Of a stretch of 64,000 nt of DNA, positions 50,401 through 59,531 are shown in pieces. Source of the DNA: Candidatus Poribacteria bacterium (GTDB lineage: Bacteria; Poribacteria; WGA-4E; JAJDTR01); the NCBI GenBank assembly GCA_965222225.1, contig CBDCTK010000002.1:672001-736000 (forward strand), in the 5' to 3' direction. The position numbers were made by a program, and so were the translations under genes. The notes below the pieces were generated by a model. That model did no database searches. It was not told where the DNA came from and saw nothing but the letters and a program-made list of their open reading frames with translations. The stretch's first letter is position 1; each line of letters opens with the position of its first letter.

Positions 50401-50959
50401 TCTGTTCTGTATCTTCAAGCTTTTTGAGAGTAGTCTTCTTACGATGTTTATATTTAGTGATCCCGGCAACTTCGTCAAAAAGGTATCGGCGCTCTTCCGC
50501 CCGCGTATTCAGAATGAGATCAATCTTGCTCTGCTCCATAATGGAGTATGCGGATACACCAATTCCGGTGTCCATAAAGAGTTCAGTAATATCGCGGAGC
50601 AGACAAGGACTGTTGTTAATCAGGTAGCGACTTTCACCTTCTCGTGTCAACTGGCGGGTGATTTCAATCTCGGGTGATTCCAGCGCTAGCCGACCATCGG
50701 TGTTAGCGAATTGGAGGGATACTTTTGATCTTTGGGCGGGTTTGAAATCTGCGCCGCCGTTGAAGAGTAGATCCTGCATGTTGCCACAACGTAGTGCGCG
50801 TGCACTCTGCTCGCCCAGGACCCAACGAATTGCATCCGACACATTGCTCTTGCCACAACCGTTTGGCCCGACGACCGCAGTGATCCCGCGTTCCATTATC
50901 AGATCGATATCATCTGCAAAACTCTTAAAACCGTTAATTTTGATATGATTGAGGTGCAA
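47408..50959 (-). CDS. smc: Chromosome segregation protein SMC
   Basis: 'GFKSFA', 'GPNGCGKSN', hinge 'GRVTFLPL', 'LSGGE', 'LDEVDAALD'. Confidence 0.97.
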   Translation of the reverse strand: MHLNHIKINGFKSFADDIDLIMERGITAVVGPNGCGKSNVSDAIRWVLGEQSARALRCGNMQDLLFNGGADFKPAQRSKVSLQFANTDGRLALESPEIEITRQLTREGESRYLINNSPCLLRDITELFMDTGIGVSAYSIMEQSKIDLILNTRAEERRYLFDEVAGITKYKHRKKTTLKKLEDTEQNLVRIDDVINEAQRETEKLKRQAAQARRHQELHEQLKNLELNQKRREYERFLEDLTETQGSLDNLLAAIDEVNNTIQSAEQESEELIERRATLDKAIEEGNNLTRQFSSRIEQIERQIALHKERQLNLHEQRQRAKLAIQSFEKELAELDTEKRGLEQKRTQLNATLKLEESRLTARRRVLNDFATRIAETRQTINQSETELSEQANQESRLESEVVSLNNRLEFATHNLNRVLGDTEVVQGKLESVEAAQAEAQKREQQLKATLVQLDTEKRQIEEERQKRRDLLRKLESEIRGLQDSLGMSVSRLKSLKELQSTYEGFYTGVRAVMMAKENDPEQFGGVCGVVAELIRTDSDYELAVEVALGSAIQNVVTETAEDAKKGITFLKRTRAGRVTFLPLDMLRARSFRDEALLNQTGVIGLASDLVEYAPKYDIAIRQLLGNTVVIKDLDTAIKLAQKFRPNSRLVTVEGEIISTFGAVTGGSSANQTTGFLSRPRELEDLQTKIDNLTSTINGKNLNQKEHVGKLAQLVQRHESLASQQQHSEIEYAGHVKDLEQHKRDIVQHKRELEEVQTESSRFQEEADKSRANSENSQTELDEIQKTRNKLQNRIKRLSEQVQSESNKHDEVVASCQALEVSLASKREQLSGIKARLDTSEKNQARVRENMGEYQKVIDSDDETRQNLSKLIDEAQQQFLRIEQEKAEAEERVNLLTEEREALRQRDAELQKLMRTGRRQGDKHNRMRHQMEVTVTQLEMQIKAISAGITEKYQVSIEQVQATEQTVNEIELLDQVESLKAQIADVGTVNMKAIEEYEAHKKREEFLVLQREDLEKSIESTYKAIQKINQTSREAFQKAFEQIRANFREVFTELFEGGESELALTDESDILESGIDIIACPPGKRPQSITQLSGGERSLVAIALLFAIFKLKPSPFCILDEVDAALDEANVLRFTKLIHNYAQHTQFVIITHNKRTMEIADVMYGVTMEQAGVSKVVSARFSG

Positions 50960-51446
50960 GGCAGATCCCCCTTACCGTAAGAAATTTGCGATTCCACGCC
51001 AACTAACGTCAGTTTACCGAGATTCGTTTCGAGATATTGCCAGCAAGTGCGTCGTGCAGATCAAACCGGGTTTGGCAATTCAAACCGAGCGACAAGCAAT
51101 CATGAGCGTCTCATATCTGCCGGGGCATTACAGAAATTTCATACTTTTCATAACAAATGAGGGTTTTCAATTGCGGCAAAAAGATGGGAAAACTTTGCTA
51201 TGACTGGCGTTGGTGAAGTTTTGACGTTAGAGTCATAAGAGGGATGGTATGAAAATCGTAGTTATCAGTCGAAACCATTCTAAATCTCAGCAGGTGCTAT
51301 TTTGCTACTAGAAGATGGCTTTGCAAACAAGATTGTACATTCTAGATGTGATGAGTAGTTGGGCATTTGTGAAAATCGTCCATGTCATGATTGCGATTTG
51401 ACGAGAAATCTTCAGGTGAAGGACGAGGTTTGAGGGTAGCCGTTAT

Positions 51447-51872
51447 CTAGGATATTTCATCAATAGGATTTGATTTTCGTATGTGTTTGATTTTGCCCCG
51501 ATGGCGTTTCGATTTCAAGCGGCGCTCGTTAGATGCGTGAGTGGGGAGAGTTGGCTTGCGAACTTTAGGCGGGACCGTGGCTCGGCGAATCAGTGCCGCG
51601 AGTCTATCAAATGCGTCTTGGCGATTCCGACCTTGCGTACGGAATCGACTTGCGGTGATGAGGAGTTCTCCCTGCTCCGTCATTTTCTTGCCTGCTAGAC
51701 TTATGAGACGATTACGCAAGCTCTCGGGTAGTGTGGCATTTTTTAAATCAAATCGAAGCTGGGCGGCAGTTGACACTTTGTTAACGTTTTGCCCACCTGG
51801 TCCGGTGGAACGGACGAATTTTACCTGGATGTCGCTTTCGCTAATGGCAATGTCCTCAGTTATCTGAATCAT
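51447..51872 (-). CDS. arfB: Alternative ribosome rescue peptidyl-tRNA hydrolase ArfB
   Basis: 'VRSTGPGGQNVNKVST', 'RTQGRNR', basic C-terminal tail. Confidence 0.92.
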   Translation of the reverse strand: MIQITEDIAISESDIQVKFVRSTGPGGQNVNKVSTAAQLRFDLKNATLPESLRNRLISLAGKKMTEQGELLITASRFRTQGRNRQDAFDRLAALIRRATVPPKVRKPTLPTHASNERRLKSKRHRGKIKHIRKSNPIDEIS

Positions 51873-52047
51873 GGTACAGATTCCTTGAGATTCTGTCAAT
51901 CTCAAACATCAGAGAGTTCCGGGAGTTTTAAGTTGCAATCTGTTGTCAATCGTAGGATTTGCCCACAAAAGTGGTCAACTATCCCTAACATTTGACCATG
52001 TCGTTGGGTGATATTTTTACTGGAGTAACAATCGGCTTTTCGTTATA

Positions 52048-53811
52048 ATGTCCGTAGGAAAGTATAAGAGTCGTGTGTCACTGACGCAACTAAATCTCAA
52101 CTTTCAGGCAGAAATAATGAAATCGGACGATTCGACAGGCATCATGAGGGGATTGACGAATTACGGCGATCCGGAGTTTAGCGTCTATATCCGCAGAGCA
52201 TTCGCCAAAGCGATGGGTTACGCGAACCATGAGCTTGAACGACCCATCATCGGTATCATCGACACATCAAGTGGCTTCAACAGTTGTCATCACAACTTTC
52301 CGGATTTGATTGAAGCTGTGAAAAGGGGAGTTTTATCCCAAGGTGGGCTTCCGATGGTATTCCCGACAATATCGCTCGGAGAGATGTTCACCGCACCGAC
52401 AACCATGATGTTCCGAAACCTGATGGCAATGGACACCGAGGAGATGATTCGTGCCCAACCGATGGATGGCGTCGTGTTGCTGGGAGGATGCGACAAAACA
52501 GTTCCCGCACAGTTAATGGGCGCCGTGAGCGCTGATCTCCCCGCTATCTCATTAGTGGCTGGTCCAATGATAACAGGCGACTATCAGGGCAAACGACTCG
52601 GTGCCTGTACAGATTGCCGTCGTTTTTGGCGCGACTACCGTGCAGGTGCGCTGGATTCTCAGGAAATTAGCGCTGTCGAAGACCGGCTCTGCGCAACAAC
52701 CGGCACATGCATGGTGATGGGAACCGCAAGCACCATGGCGGCGTTGGCAGAGGCTCTTGGCATGATGCTGCCGGGCGGCGCGTCGCCTCCAGCAGTGATG
52801 GCGGATCGCCGTCGTCAAGCGGAAGCGACAGGACGAACGATTGTGTCAATGATTCGGAAGAATCTTCGTCCCTCACGAATTTTAACACCCAACGCCTTTG
52901 AAAATGCAATCCGCGTCCTCATGGCGATAGGTGGTTCGACCAATGCGGTTATTCATCTAACGGCGATAGCGAAGCGTCTGGGAATCTCACTCGGACTGAA
53001 GCACTTCAACAAATTCAGCGATGAGACACCACTGCTAGTAAACGTCAAACCGAATGGTCGATACTACATGGAGGACCTTTGGAAGGCTGGTGGCATTCCG
53101 GTCGTCATGAAGGAGTTGGAAGATTTGCTCCACGGTAACGCGCTGACCGCTTTGGGTACTACCGTCTCAGAAAATCTGGCGAGCACACCGCATCCCCCGG
53201 AATGGCAGGATGTGATTAAAACCCGCGAGCACCCGCTGGTAGAAATTGGCGGACTCGCCTGTTTGTTCGGAAACCTTGCTCCGGCTGGCGCGGTAATCAA
53301 ACGGTCTGCCGCTTCACCTCATTTGCTCAAGCACCGCGGAAGAGCTGTCGTTTTCAGATCTCTTGACGATCTGCATAACCGCATTGATGCGCCAAATCTA
53401 CAGGTCACCGAAGAAAGTGTGATTGTCCTTCAGAACGCGGGACCAATCGGTGGGCCAGGGATGCCTGAAGCGGGATACCTCCCTATTCCCAAGAAACTAC
53501 TGCGATCGGGGGTGAAGGATATCGTCCGAGTTTCCGATGCTCGAATGAGCGGAACAGCATTTGGCACCGTTGTGCTGCATATCACCCCGGAAGCCGCAGT
53601 CGGAGGACCATTGGCGTTAGTTCGGGATGGTGACATGATCGAACTTGACGTACCCCGTAACCGGCTTGAGTTGTTGGTGGCGGAAGAGATGCTTGCCAAG
53701 CGTCAAGCGGATCTAGTTCTTCCGGAGCCGCATTTCAAAAGGGGATATGGTAAACTTTACATAGATCATGTGCAACAGGCGGACCTCGGGTGTGACTTTG
53801 ACTTTCTGTAA
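52048..53811 (+). CDS. IlvD/Edd family dehydratase (start may be 52117)
   Basis: 'GCDKTVPA', 'GTCMVMGTASTM', 'GGSTNA', 'SDARMSGT', 'LHITPEAA'. Confidence 0.92.
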   Translation: MSVGKYKSRVSLTQLNLNFQAEIMKSDDSTGIMRGLTNYGDPEFSVYIRRAFAKAMGYANHELERPIIGIIDTSSGFNSCHHNFPDLIEAVKRGVLSQGGLPMVFPTISLGEMFTAPTTMMFRNLMAMDTEEMIRAQPMDGVVLLGGCDKTVPAQLMGAVSADLPAISLVAGPMITGDYQGKRLGACTDCRRFWRDYRAGALDSQEISAVEDRLCATTGTCMVMGTASTMAALAEALGMMLPGGASPPAVMADRRRQAEATGRTIVSMIRKNLRPSRILTPNAFENAIRVLMAIGGSTNAVIHLTAIAKRLGISLGLKHFNKFSDETPLLVNVKPNGRYYMEDLWKAGGIPVVMKELEDLLHGNALTALGTTVSENLASTPHPPEWQDVIKTREHPLVEIGGLACLFGNLAPAGAVIKRSAASPHLLKHRGRAVVFRSLDDLHNRIDAPNLQVTEESVIVLQNAGPIGGPGMPEAGYLPIPKKLLRSGVKDIVRVSDARMSGTAFGTVVLHITPEAAVGGPLALVRDGDMIELDVPRNRLELLVAEEMLAKRQADLVLPEPHFKRGYGKLYIDHVQQADLGCDFDFL

Positions 53812-54264
53812 GCAACAATTGGACATGATTAATGCTAGATGATTCCCTGCTTGACAGAACACCATGCGACAGACATTACGCGAGGAGCGTCGGAAAGCCG
53901 CTGGGACAAAGCCGACCTCGGATGGGAGGCAGATCGTGTCTTCATTGCCCACAAATCGTGGGGTTTAAAGATTGAATAAAATCTCGTCTTTCGGTGCCAT
54001 CGTCTGGGACATCATCGAAGGCATTCCAAACATTGGTGGTGCGCCGTTCAATCCTGCCCCACATACCGAAAATGCGGTTTGTCTTCCTATATGCCCGCCT
54101 GTCTTGGCCGTGACGAACTCGGAAAGTGAAGTCTGGCTGAAATAGAACGGCTTGGGTTAAGCGTACGTATGTGCAGTTTGACCCGGAGTATCCAACCCCC
54201 ACCGTGGTAATCACCTTAGGGTGTTTTATATACCTGTCCTAGATTCCAGTTGATAGTCCAGCGT

Positions 54265-55350
54265 CTAGCTCACAAATAGTACCTGCACATACTCAGCCGG
54301 TTTCTTGTCGATAAACTCGTCCCACGCCTGCACCAAATCGTTGAGCGGGAAGCGATGGCTAATCAGTTGCTTCGCCTTCAGCTTGTCCTGCACCATCAGA
54401 TTCATCAGGTACATATGATCCTCGCTTAAGGGGGCGTTCAGTTTAGGAGGCATGCCCCGTCGTCTACCATCCCCTCTCATGCCCCTCGTCTGCAGTCGGC
54501 GGCGTCCAACTCGCCAGTCGCCGATCTGTCCCGAATGACACACAACCATCTCAAGTCCCTTGGGCGTGAAGGCGTCTGACATATTAAACTGGCAAGCATC
54601 CAGAATCCAACCGATGACGACAATCTTGCCTCCGCCTGCGGCTGCGTCGCAGCTTTGGAGAAACGCTTTCGGCGAACCGGAGGACTCGACCACCACATCG
54701 GCGCCCCTGCCATCGGTAAATTCCTCAATGCGTCCGAGCACATCGTCCGTGCGGGGATTCAGCATCAGATCAGCCCCCATCTGTTGGGCGATCTCCAGCC
54801 TCATATCATAGATGTCGGTGACGATGACCTGATAAGCGCCGGCGAGTTTACACAGTTGTGCGGCAAAACTTCCAATAGGACCTTGCCCGGTGACAAATAC
54901 TGTATCTCCAAGGATGATTTCCGCTCCCCGTGCGCCCTTAAGTCCAACCTCGGCTTGCAGGAGCATTGTCGCAGATTCTGCGTCTAATCCTTCGGGGAGC
55001 GGAATCAGATCTGATGGTGTCAAGACCGAGAGCTCCGCCGTGAGTTTCTGGCTGTACACCAGTCGGCCAACCTCGACTTCCTGTACGTTTGCTCCGGCCT
55101 CTTCAATCCGGCCGACGCCGTAGGCAAAGCCCTGTAGCCAAGGATAGGGGAAAGGACCTCCGCTCTCGTTGCGACTGAAGGGTGCCACTCCAATCTCCTC
55201 TCCTCGATACCGATGGATAGCTGTACCTTGGCTGGGAGCGGTACACACGTGTCTGACCAGAACAGTCTCGGGGGTCAGGTGGATCTCCTGTTCACGATAC
55301 TCAATTGTGCGAGGTGCGACTAACCATGGACGTATGACTTTCATAGTCAC
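54265..55350 (-). CDS. MDR (zinc-binding dehydrogenase-like) oxidoreductase
   Basis: 'VTGQGPIG', 'TDGRGADVVVESSG', 'LISHRFPL'. Confidence 0.85.
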   Translation of the reverse strand: MTMKVIRPWLVAPRTIEYREQEIHLTPETVLVRHVCTAPSQGTAIHRYRGEEIGVAPFSRNESGGPFPYPWLQGFAYGVGRIEEAGANVQEVEVGRLVYSQKLTAELSVLTPSDLIPLPEGLDAESATMLLQAEVGLKGARGAEIILGDTVFVTGQGPIGSFAAQLCKLAGAYQVIVTDIYDMRLEIAQQMGADLMLNPRTDDVLGRIEEFTDGRGADVVVESSGSPKAFLQSCDAAAGGGKIVVIGWILDACQFNMSDAFTPKGLEMVVCHSGQIGDWRVGRRRLQTRGMRGDGRRRGMPPKLNAPLSEDHMYLMNLMVQDKLKAKQLISHRFPLNDLVQAWDEFIDKKPAEYVQVLFVS

Positions 55351-55561
55351 GATTCCTCCTCAATATGTGCTCATGTCATGGGCTTATTTGCCTGCGTTGC
55401 GCCGTAGCCAGCGAAACCGTTCAGGTGAGTCGTACAAACCGGCAATTTGCGTTACAAGTTTGCGGCGTGATTTACCAATCCACGCCGATTATGTGCGGAA
55501 CGGAGTTGTGAACGACTGAATATAGGTACATTTTTGGTCACCTTTCACAATTAGCCTTATA

Positions 55562-57196
55562 TTACTCAACGGCCACATCCAGAAATATAATCTCACACAA
55601 CTCGCCTTTGACTAACGTGATTTCAATCGTGTTGATTCCGTCTTTCAGAAGGCCCACAGGCACAATCCAAGCGCGAAGTTCTTCAGGCTTTCCTAACATC
55701 GGCGGATATGGATTCGGATAAGGTTCTGAAACATCACCCGTCGCGTTCAAATCAACGCCATTGAAGCGGGCCCGCCATCGGCTGTCTCCAAGAGACTGCC
55801 GGCCCTGGATGCGAAGCCTTGCGTCCATCTTCCAGCTATCTGCGGGTGACGCCATATCTATGGTAAATGAGACGGTTTCGCCGGGTTCAAACTGCTTTGG
55901 CAAATGGCTATTGACGTAGCCACGGCTGCTAAGAAAATAATGCTGCGGCTGACGGGCAAGCCATTGGGCATCACCAATTTGCCTGAAAATGTGAAATGGC
56001 GGCTCGTTGAATGGCCCCCGGCCAGGTATCCCGTGCTCACGGTAGTAAACGAAATTAAAGGCGCTGACGCCATCGGCGCCCCGCGCATAAGCCAAGTGCG
56101 CAGCCGTATAGAACTGCTCAATGGTGCTCCGACGAAACAGGTAGTTGTCGCCTCCACTTTTCGTCAGACGAGTCCCGGTCATCGTAGCGTGCGTCATTTC
56201 AAGGTAAATCGCAGCATTCGGAGCCAGCTTTCGGATGGCGGCCAGATCAGTCTGCTGCTCGGTGAAGTAGGAGATCGACAGATTCAGCATGTCCACGCCA
56301 GCGTCAACGAACGAAGGCAGATTGATGCCGAGGGCATCATATTCCGACAGATAGGCGGGTATTCGGGCGCATAACCAGCGATGTTGTCCCGGCTGAGCTG
56401 TTCGATTGAGTAATTTCCGCACTTGTCTTACGAATCCGGTTATGATTTGGACACGCTCTTCGCTCGTCGTCTCGTCGAGGTTGAAGAACTGTGGGTGACG
56501 CATGAAGTCCAGCTCAAACCCATCAATGTCGTAATTCTGGCAAATCTCGGAGATGAGCGAGAACTTATAACCCCGCACTTGGGGAATTGCCCAGTTCTGC
56601 ACGCTGCGACCCCCATCCCTAGGTTCAAGTCGGTATTGGGGATATTCGGCATAAAAACGGCAGATCGCGTGAATGCCCCGCGTGTTCTTCGGCGCGTTGA
56701 CGTGATTCAAGTGATGGGCATCGTTAAGTCGGAGCGAGATAAATGGCGCCAATCCTCGCTCTCGGCAGCGTTTAACGAAGACGCTCAGCACATCCCCGCC
56801 CTTGAGCAGGTAGTTGTGGACACTCAGATGTGGCGCTACACCGTAATGTTCCCGCCACCATTTGTGGTGTTCTTCGATGGAATATACTTCGCTCTGCCAC
56901 CACGGCACCCATCCATGTGCCGGCTGCAACATGTGCACTTCAATACCGATTCCCGTGGTTTCATCCACTGTGGCCTTGAGGTCCTCTTCCCGGAACGGTT
57001 CCCCTTTTTTGTGATAGGGACTGACACATGTCAAGATGTTTGTTGTATCGTTGCTGAACAGCACATGAAAGGGGGCTTTTGCTCTCTTCAATTTCTCCTC
57101 CTTTGTTGGCTCATCTGCGTATCCGATAACGGGCAACAGAATCAGTGCCATAAAGATTAGCCATGTAATCATCATGAATGAGAGTCTGTCATGCAT
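55562..57196 (-). CDS. Secreted glycoside-hydrolase-like TIM-barrel protein (GHL10-like)
   Basis: Signal peptide; 'SLRLNDAH', 'NYDIDGFELDFMRH', 'GADGVSAFNF', C-terminal 'LKDGINTIEI'. Confidence 0.6.
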   Translation of the reverse strand: MHDRLSFMMITWLIFMALILLPVIGYADEPTKEEKLKRAKAPFHVLFSNDTTNILTCVSPYHKKGEPFREEDLKATVDETTGIGIEVHMLQPAHGWVPWWQSEVYSIEEHHKWWREHYGVAPHLSVHNYLLKGGDVLSVFVKRCRERGLAPFISLRLNDAHHLNHVNAPKNTRGIHAICRFYAEYPQYRLEPRDGGRSVQNWAIPQVRGYKFSLISEICQNYDIDGFELDFMRHPQFFNLDETTSEERVQIITGFVRQVRKLLNRTAQPGQHRWLCARIPAYLSEYDALGINLPSFVDAGVDMLNLSISYFTEQQTDLAAIRKLAPNAAIYLEMTHATMTGTRLTKSGGDNYLFRRSTIEQFYTAAHLAYARGADGVSAFNFVYYREHGIPGRGPFNEPPFHIFRQIGDAQWLARQPQHYFLSSRGYVNSHLPKQFEPGETVSFTIDMASPADSWKMDARLRIQGRQSLGDSRWRARFNGVDLNATGDVSEPYPNPYPPMLGKPEELRAWIVPVGLLKDGINTIEITLVKGELCEIIFLDVAVE

Positions 57197-57481
57197 TCCA
57201 ACTGTTGGAAGCCGGGTTATAGACCTTTATAGAAAATTGCGGCGAAGAGCGATGTGCAAGTGGATTCTGAGTTCATCCGAATCAACCACTTTACGCCTAC
57301 ATTTCGCAAAGTTCCGCCCGACGCACATCGGCAACGAACCTGGACGGAGCCGATTCATTTATGGTCTCAAGATTGACAGTGGCGAATAAAAAACGGGGAA
57401 CATCCCATCCCGCTGGATATTCCCCGTTGTGATTACTGAATCTAACGTAAAACCGGATTGAACCCTTCGGCAACTCAACGG

Positions 57482-58252
57482 CTACTTTCCGCCGGTTTTC
57501 AGGCCTCCCCATGTGATTGCCAACTTGCCTTGTGCCTCAACGGATGTCAGCGCGCCGAACTCGTTGGCAACATCTGCTGCTGTCAAGGCTTCATCATAGA
57601 GCTTTACGTCATCAATCGATCCCGGGAACATGTGCCCAATCCGGAATACGCCTTTCCGCTCTGCGATTGCGCCAGTCGCATCTACTCTGCCGGTTTCGAC
57701 GCCATCCTCATACAGGGCAAACTCACTTTCATCATAGGTACATGCCAGATGATACCACTCGCCCTCATTCCATATATCTCGCTTCGTAAAAAGGGAGCCT
57801 TTGGGGATGTCACCGAGTGTATCGATCCAGACTCGGATTGAATTCGGCGGCCCCAGAGGCTCATCCGCTACAGGCGTTTTGTTGAAAGCAAACATCGGTC
57901 CCACGCCATAGTAAACAATATTTGCTCTCGGATCGCCAAGACCGAGTTCTTTTGACGGTCTCATCCAGAACATACAACTCATCGGCGAAGGCGCCAAACC
58001 CGGAGCGTTTCCGGCATCAACCCAGCCGGTCGCGCCATCAAATTCAAGCGCTTCACCGGAGATGCCTTCAACCCATTGAGCCTCGCCGTTGAGGATTCCG
58101 TCGTTACCGTTTCCCGTCGCGTCATCCGTATCCCCATCAAGGGGCCAATGCGCCACCAGACCTGCTTCAGCGGGATTGATAACGCTGAATGAAAAGATCA
58201 GTGAAACGGACAATAAAACCACCAAAAGCACTATCCAATTGCTGCGACACAT
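57482..58252 (-). CDS. Secreted LamG-like jellyroll protein with conserved C-terminal tail
   Basis: 'GLVAHWPLDG', 'WYHLACTYD', 'GSIDDVKLYDEAL', tail 'VEAQGKLAITWGGLK'. Confidence 0.85.
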   Translation of the reverse strand: MCRSNWIVLLVVLLSVSLIFSFSVINPAEAGLVAHWPLDGDTDDATGNGNDGILNGEAQWVEGISGEALEFDGATGWVDAGNAPGLAPSPMSCMFWMRPSKELGLGDPRANIVYYGVGPMFAFNKTPVADEPLGPPNSIRVWIDTLGDIPKGSLFTKRDIWNEGEWYHLACTYDESEFALYEDGVETGRVDATGAIAERKGVFRIGHMFPGSIDDVKLYDEALTAADVANEFGALTSVEAQGKLAITWGGLKTGGK

Positions 58253-58546
58253 GATTGGAACTCCTTGTAATGTTGACAGTGATGGACACGTCCTTTATTT
58301 GGACGCGCCCCGTTGGTTAGAAATGACAACACTGTCCAATGAGTGTTGCCGGGTTGATGGCAGAAGGTTGCTCTTTCGACAGTCCACTTCAGTGGCACAT
58401 AACCTTTCAGCCACCACAGAAACTCTTGGTTTGTCGCCTTCCGTAAAGGTGTAATAGCCATGCCCTGATCCGCGATGGGCAATTTGGGTTCAAACCTCAT
58501 CCTACGACACAGCGATTTCCCCTGAACGATTGCAGTTGACGAAATA

Positions 58547-59296
58547 CTAATTTTGTCCGGTTTTAATCAATCCCCACGCGGTTGTGAATTTTCCATGCGG
58601 TTCAACGGCTAACCCGCCCAAAGCAAGAATTTCCTTGTCGCTCAACGCGCGGTCATAGAGCTTTACCTCATCAATCGAACCGGCGAAGGGTTTGGCGATC
58701 CGAAATTCGCTTGTTCGTGCTCCGATGGCGCCAGTTGCTTTGACCCGGCCGGTTTCCTTCCCGTCCTCATACAGCACCAGCTCTTTCTCATCATAGGTAC
58801 ATGCCAGATGATACCATACGCCCGCTTTCCATTCATCTCGCTTCGTAAAAAGGGTGCCTTTGGGAAAATTGCCGACCGTATCGACCCAACATCGAATCGT
58901 GTTTTTTGGCCCTGTCGGCTCATTGGCCACGGGCTGCTTGTTGAAAGCAAACATCGGCCCCTTCGCCTGGTAGACTATGTTGAATCTCGGATCTCTGGGT
59001 CCCAGATTGTGTGAAGGACTCATCCAGAACATACAACTCATCGGTGAAACCTCGAGGCTAGGTTTTCGCCCACCGTTCATCCATTCGGCTCCGCCATCAA
59101 ACTCCGCCGCTTGTCCGACGACACCGTCAACGAACTTGGCGCCCTGAATGATACCATCGTGACCATTGCCGGAAGCATCTTTGGCATTCCCGTCCATAGA
59201 CCAGTAGGCGACCAGACCTTTCTCCGCCGCATCCGCGAGATCCAGGTATAAAAACGAAATGGATAAGCAAAAGCATAAAAAAATTTGCCGACCCAT
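58547..59296 (-). CDS. Secreted LamG-like jellyroll protein, paralogue of 57482-58252
   Basis: 'GLVAYWSMDG', 'WYHLACTYD', 'GSIDEVKLYDRAL', tail 'VEPHGKFTTAWGLIK'; GGAGGT before ATG 59296. Confidence 0.85.
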   Translation of the reverse strand: MGRQIFLCFCLSISFLYLDLADAAEKGLVAYWSMDGNAKDASGNGHDGIIQGAKFVDGVVGQAAEFDGGAEWMNGGRKPSLEVSPMSCMFWMSPSHNLGPRDPRFNIVYQAKGPMFAFNKQPVANEPTGPKNTIRCWVDTVGNFPKGTLFTKRDEWKAGVWYHLACTYDEKELVLYEDGKETGRVKATGAIGARTSEFRIAKPFAGSIDEVKLYDRALSDKEILALGGLAVEPHGKFTTAWGLIKTGQN

Positions 59297-59531
59297 GATT
59301 ATACCTCCAATCTTCCCGTTAATGTGAATGATTCGGATCAGTAAAATTGCTCTGCGTCCACTCAATTCCGACATGTGGATATGACATCCTATTTCACATT
59401 TCCCCTCTTGTCAAGGCAAAAACACCGAAAATCATGGGGACGACTCATAATTATCGAGCGGCGAGTCGTGGCGTAGGTTTCTAACCTGCGTTGCCGATAA
59501 TTACAGATTTGGAAAACCGGGTTGAATATCG

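Noticed and set aside
53942-54214. 90-aa ORF between the dehydratase and the MDR gene
   Set aside because: No motif or clear RBS; cannot be supported as a gene.
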